From an uncultured virus (IMG/VR IMGVR_UViG_3300030117_008055) (taxonomy: Duplodnaviria; Heunggongvirae; Uroviricota; Caudoviricetes), in the IMG/VR virus record IMGVR_UViG_3300030117_008055, positions 62,001 through 118,818 of that record: DNA of 56,818 bases; one strand, 5' to 3'. The notes beneath the pieces are model-generated. The model saw only the letters and a list, made by a program, of their open reading frames with translations, was not told the origin of the DNA and did not search any database. A program made the translations under genes and the position numbers. Below, in pieces: positions 56,677-56,818 of the stretch (positions are counted from its first letter, which is position 1; each line of letters begins with the position of its first letter).

Positions 56677-56818
56677 ATGACGAACCAAGCACCCATCCAC
56701 CCCTCTGAGCGCGTCGAGATCGGCATATGCGATAGCGACGACTTCTGCGTGACCCCTGGCCAGCGCCGTAAGCTGAACGTCCACTGGGCGCAATCTGCGG
56801 TGGGCTACTGGGCACCCG
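56677..56818 (+). CDS. Hypothetical protein, 3'-truncated
   Basis: GGAGACGACGAC-ATG; frame is open to the window end. Confidence 0.5.
   Translation, partial: MTNQAPIHPSERVEIGICDSDDFCVTPGQRRKLNVHWAQSAVGYWAP

Noticed and set aside
44000..56818. GC-rich right end as host DNA, prophage boundary or chimeric assembly
   Set aside because: The same promoter motif, strand, 'GDLV' family and hairpin element occur on both sides, GC rises gradually, and no att site or integrase is visible.

Overview
Fragment of a large lytic myovirus (T4-like/jumbo-type dsDNA phage) genome in the standard genetic code; every credible gene is on the + strand. From left to right it carries: (1) a contractile-tail module (tail tube, tail/baseplate assembly chaperone with a likely frameshift extension, tape measure, LysM/gp53-like protein, baseplate hub); (2) a replication and nucleotide module (miniature family-A polymerase coupled to a divergent tubulin/FtsZ-like protein, gp32-like SSB, RecA/UvsX, deaminase, 5'-3' exonuclease, DnaB, class II RNR, ThyX, DnaE, dUTPase, IMPDH/GMPR); (3) proteostasis and auxiliary genes (GroES, GroEL, ClpP, Hsp20 with a ROSE-like thermometer, glutaredoxin, PAP2, peptide deformylase, UvsE) and four tRNAs; (4) a GC-richer early region from ~44 kb driven by about 12 GTTTAC-N17-TAnnnT promoters and including a MoxR-like AAA/VWA pair. 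The most unusual structure is an array of tiny SH3/KOW-like 'MKVGDLV' genes chained by a conserved ~24-nt junction that is at once RBS, start codon and the previous gene's C-terminus and stop, suggestive of a gene-cassette system. Other signals are a covarying RNA hairpin present twice 41 kb apart, a candidate late promoter (CTA[T/C/A]TTA) marking putative head-packaged proteins, and an early/late codon switch matched by the tRNA set. All product calls rest on motif recognition by eye, not database searches.
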